A stretch of 23,833 nucleotides of DNA from Narcine bancroftii (Eukaryota), in the NCBI RefSeq assembly GCF_036971445.1. It is one part of the record NC_091470.1 of this genome. The stretch is one strand, 5' to 3'. The translations under genes and the position numbers were made by a program. Below are positions 20,091 to 23,833 of the stretch, one piece after another (within the stretch, counting starts at the first letter, position 1; every line of letters begins with the position of its first letter). The notes beneath the pieces are model-generated. The model was not told where the DNA came from. It worked only from the letters and a program-made list of their open reading frames with translations, and searched no databases.

Positions 20091-20976
20091 ATGTGTCCTC
20101 CCTATCTGAAACTTATTTGGAAGTCTCATCACCTGCCAATCAAGGAATGACTCTGGCCACCTATTTGAGCACACCTTGCTATTGGCTAATTTAAATCACC
20201 TATTGGCTAGAAGCACAGATTAGCACTGTAGAAAACATTGGGGCACAGCACATTTTTCCTATTTGTCTCATGATTCAAGCCCCTGACATCGCTTCATGCC
20301 AGGTCGCTTCTGTGAACATGGCTGGAATTGTCACAGGTAAGATGTACACTACACTGAAGCTTGCCCATAGCACCGTGATGGATCAATACATTCAAGGAGC
20401 CACACTGCTGTTGCTCGGTGTGTGTACCAAGTGGTGAGTGAGTCGAGTAAATGTTCAGTATTGTCGAAGACTAAACTAGGTCCATATTGTTGCATAAGTA
20501 AAATGGTAATTAAATACTATTTGATGTTTTTCTCCCCACTTGTGTTAATCAAAGTTGCTTGTGATTGTGACACTTCTCTCTGTGAATCTAATGAATCTGA
20601 CACTTCCCAACACAACACTGTGGGTATCTTCCTTCAGTCTAAAGAGGTGCTGATTGATAAGATGATTATAATCTCAGGCCATTAATGAGAAAATGGGAAG
20701 ATGGGAAGATTAAAATGGTTAGGGCAGGATTAAACTTCTGAATGGTTGGTATGGTGATGGTCCAAAAGGCCTCTTTCTGCTTTGACATTCTCAATGACTC
20801 CATGGCATGTGAAACCCCTTCTTCACTGATGGCCAGTTTGAGATTGTTAAAATTGAACCCTGTTGCAAGGCATTTGTGTAAGAATGTTGACTATTAGAGA
20901 TGGCTCCATGGCATCAGGACTTTTGACTTCTTTCTTTTTCAGCTGAGGAGAGAGAAAAACAGAGTCAACAACAGAA

Positions 20977-21085
20977 TTGGTGAAGGAACATGGACCAGAG
21001 ATGTTGACTCCCTTTGTCTCTTCACGGATGCTAAAGTATGCTCCAACATTTTGTTTGTTTCATATTTACACTATCTGGAGTCTTA
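20977..21085 (+). mobile_element. Degraded Penelope-like terminal repeat
   Basis: tggtgaagga..gaccagagatgttgac...ggatgct..ctccaacatttt is a decayed version of the 8202-8340 type of terminus. Confidence 0.45.
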
Positions 21086-21119
21086 CTTTGATTTTCCATT
21101 TTCACTAGCAGTTACTTCA

Positions 21120-21446
21120 ATGTGGCCCTTCCACCTTTTTCTTTCCATTCACATCCCATTTGAAGTAATCCCTGTGCCATCGGTCTCTGTGATTAGTAAG
21201 GGAAGGTTGAGAATCACTGCTCTAGACCCAATTGTTACTGAAATATCTTGCTTGAGATAAATTGTCATTAGCCCATTTCCTTTGGAGTTCTGAAACCGTC
21301 AATGAGGTACGATTAAAACTGGTTTTCAAATTTTCTTTCCACCCACATACCACCCTAAGCAATCCCTTACTAATCACAGAGCACCTCTGGTGCAGGGATT
21401 ACTTAAAGTGGTGTGTGAGTGGAAAGAAAAAGGTTGAAAACCATTG
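21120..21446 (-). mobile_element. Second copy of the compound hAT MITE, opposite orientation
   Basis: Spacer 21220-21318 is the reverse complement of 18670-18780 with one internal deletion. TIR-like ends at about 21120, 21219, 21319 and 21446. Confidence 0.85.
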
Positions 21447-22122
21447 CACTGGACTGGTCACTTTATTCACCCTATGGGGAAATTGACAGATGCAGATATT
21501 TCTTCAAATCTATTAATTCAACAGAGCCAAGGGTGGAAATTTGAAACTTTGGCATCCAATGGCTGAAGATTATTTGTCTGTTTGATAGAGACATTGAAAA
21601 TTGATTCATTCTCTCCTATTAATTCATTAATAATATTTACTGTACTATAAATAATGAGCAGCAAAAATATCAAATGTTCTTTGAGATGATCATTTAGTAC
21701 ACATTGTCTTCAAATGTTCACTGCATGATAAATTTCCATTTAATATTTCCTTCCTGAAGTTGAAGAAATGATTTGTATTTACCATATGTTGAAATAGGAA
21801 AATTAAAATTCATGTAATAAGGGTTTATTCCATTTTAATACTTTTTTAAAAGTTTGATAAGTTTCATATTGGTGTGGACTCTAATAACAACCAGTAAAGT
21901 TTCCATCCACTCAAAATTCTTAAAAGAGATAAAATCTGTAACTTATTTCCATCAGATTTTATTACTGTTTATCTTAATTTCCTTAGTAATTTGCATCAAT
22001 TTGAACATGATGTGGAGAACTACCCTCAACTGAACTTGTGAATAATGACAGAAATCACTGCAAGCAAAAAAAAAATCCCATCCCCCTTTACCATAAAAGT
22101 AGAAATGTGCTGGGAGTGAGTT

Positions 22123-22475
22123 AGGGAAGAAGATGAGGAGCAGGAGGGGGGTGGGGGAGTAGATGGAGAAGGATGGTAGAGGGAGAAGGGAGGGGAAAGG
22201 TAGCAGGGGAGGAAGAGGTGGAGAAGGGGAGAGGGGAGGGAATGGGGAGAGGTAAGGGAGAGAGGGGAAGGAAAAGGAGAAGTGGAGAGGGAGGGAAAGG
22301 AGATGTGGGGAGAGGGAAGAGATAGAGGGAATCGGGGAGGGAGAAGGGGAGAGGGGAGGGATGAAGGGAGGAGGGGAGAGGGGAAGGCAAAGGGAGAAGG
22401 AGGAAGGGTAGGGATAAGGAGAAAGGTAGAGGGAAGGGAGAGGATAAGGGAATGGAAGGGAGAGGAAAAGGGAGT
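22123..22475. repeat. Polypurine (GA-rich) low-complexity tract, about 350 bp
   Basis: Almost entirely G and A on the plus strand (ggaga, gggga, ggaag units). Confidence 0.95.
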
Positions 22476-22544
22476 GGTGATATTACCACCAGCATACTGC
22501 AGGGGGCAATCTCTGTTCCTGCAGGAAGCCCACCTAAAGGGCTG

Positions 22545-22573
22545 ACCTGAATGAAAAAGGTTGAGAATCATTG
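22545..22573 (+). mobile_element. Orphan right end of a Charlie-type hAT element
   Basis: gaaaaaggttgagaatcattg ends at 22573 and is followed by gtctactg. No left end found. Confidence 0.6.
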
Positions 22574-22871
22574 GTCTACTGCAGGGGTGTCAAACTCAAA
22601 TTCACAGAGGGCCAAACTAAATATTTATTAAAAATTTTCAACAACATCTGCTTGTTTTCTCTTCTTTCAACATATGTAATGTTAAACTTTTTCTTATTTT
22701 AAAATAAATGTTTAATAATAGTTTTGGTTAAACTCTTTCCAGAGGAAGCATTAACAAATGAGAAATAAAATATTCAATAAATAATATTTCTCTATAGCCT
22801 TTAAGCTCCTTTTAAATGTATTTTTTTTCACAGGCCAACAAGTCAAAAAAATAACAACTTGCTTCAATGAC

Positions 22872-22958
22872 AACAGGTTTGTCTTTTAAAATGATGAACA
22901 TATAGTCTCCCTCCCACCTGTCTTGAAAGGTCCTGTTTTCTGTCTTTCGTTTGGCCAT
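22872..22958 (-). pseudogene. Transposase N-terminal remnant (GTF2IRD2/Charlie/SPIN-like)
   Basis: MAKRKTENRTFQDRWEGDYMFIILKDKPV matches the KRK...R.FQ..WE..Y.F....KPVC start of these transposases. It breaks just before the zinc-finger cysteines. Confidence 0.85.
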
Positions 22959-23077
22959 TTTTCGTAAGGGGTTTATTACACGTGAGTTGGGCGACAGGTC
23001 GCAGATGCTAATGAAAGTAATGAGAGGAGGTGGGGGCGATTAGCGGGCTGACGGGCCGGCGCCAACGCATTTGCAAA

Positions 23078-23096
23078 GCATTCTGGGATTTGTAGT
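23078..23096 (-). promoter_or_regulatory. ZNF143/Staf (SBS/M4) motif in the hAT 5' region
   Basis: Minus strand ACTACAAATCCCAGAATGC, 18/19 to the consensus ACTACAATTCCCAGAATGC, about 120 bp upstream of the transposase ATG. Confidence 0.75.
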
Positions 23097-23833
23097 ATTA
23101 GCTGTGCATGGACTATACTGGTGCGGCGGCCAGCGGGCCAAATATAATTATATCACGGGCCAAATTTGGCCCGCGGGCTTGAGTTTGACATGTGTGGTCT
23201 AGAGAAAGTATAAACTTGAAATTGTTGAACTCAAATGTTAAGCCTTGAGGCAATAAAATCTTTGGCTGAAAGACAAGCTACCATTCCTTGTACTTAAAAT
23301 TCTATTAAATTGATAATAACCGAACAAAATACAGAAATATGCACATGTGCACCACTGAATTTGAATCCTCGTGATTTGCGGAGGCAAAACTACTTTCTCT
23401 TTTGTATGTGCTTTGATCCTGTTAAAACCCACATTAAAGATTATTTACTTTTGCCCTTCCTAGCGTCATCCCCTTAATACTTCTGACAAATATACTTATT
23501 GATGACGTGCGTGGTGCAGTAGGTTCACAATGTAAAGCAATCTCAGCTAGCTCTGAACACAACCATTAAAAATCCAATTTAATATTTATAACTGGTGTCA
23601 CAAATAATTTAGCAAGTCAATTAGCTTTCAGTGCTCAGTATAATTTGTGATGACAACACAGGGTACAGTCAAGTTCAAAGCAAAAATAAAGTAGTGCTAA
23701 ATGCCAATAGTCAACCTTTTTAATTCGTGTCACCTTTCACAAATACATGATTTCCAGATTAAGACTCTTTGTATTTCTTGTTAGATTCTTTTTCGATAAT
23801 ATCTTCATTTTTTAATTGTGGTTTATTACTTTT

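Larger units (their letters stand above)
22582..23196 (-). mobile_element. hAT (Charlie/Buster group) internal-deletion derivative
   Basis: TIRs caggggtgtcaaactc / gagtttgacatgtgtg (12/16), 8 bp flanks gtctactg / gtctagag (6/8, nTCTAGAn-type target), subterminal ggcccgcgggc motif, and transposase N-terminus on the minus strand. Confidence 0.92.

Noticed and set aside
22026-22571. ORFs of 181, 124 and 87 aa rich in Pro/Ser/Leu or Gly/Glu/Arg
   Set aside because: Artefacts of the GA-rich low-complexity tract.

Overview
This window is eukaryotic and repeat-dense, either intronic or intergenic. It has no intact protein-coding gene, rRNA, tRNA or CRISPR array. The repeat mix (HE1/V-SINE-like tRNA SINEs, a Deu-domain SINE, CR1, Rex1/Babar, Penelope-like elements, Charlie-type hATs) suggests a cartilaginous fish; this is inference from remembered family motifs, not a search. 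From left to right it contains: (1) a heavily deleted class I (gamma/epsilon-like) endogenous retrovirus on the minus strand at 1-4175, with 5' LTR, tRNA-His-like PBS, splice donors, a 3x50 bp leader repeat, a candidate decayed pre-gag ORF, a gag remnant and a scrambled integrase; (2) LINE and SINE fragments; (3) Penelope-like remnants whose termini carry decayed minimal hammerhead ribozyme motifs in head-to-head pairs; (4) a Gypsy integrase remnant between two oppositely oriented LTR copies; (5) a perfect 61 bp templated insertion inside a Rex1 LINE; (6) two copies of a compound hAT MITE (two mini-MITEs plus a captured spacer); (7) a young hAT deletion derivative with a near-consensus ZNF143/Staf site upstream of its transposase start. 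A few possible host microexons are noted at low confidence. Most listed ORFs are spurious or repeat-derived. Boundaries were read by eye and are approximate unless a motif is quoted.
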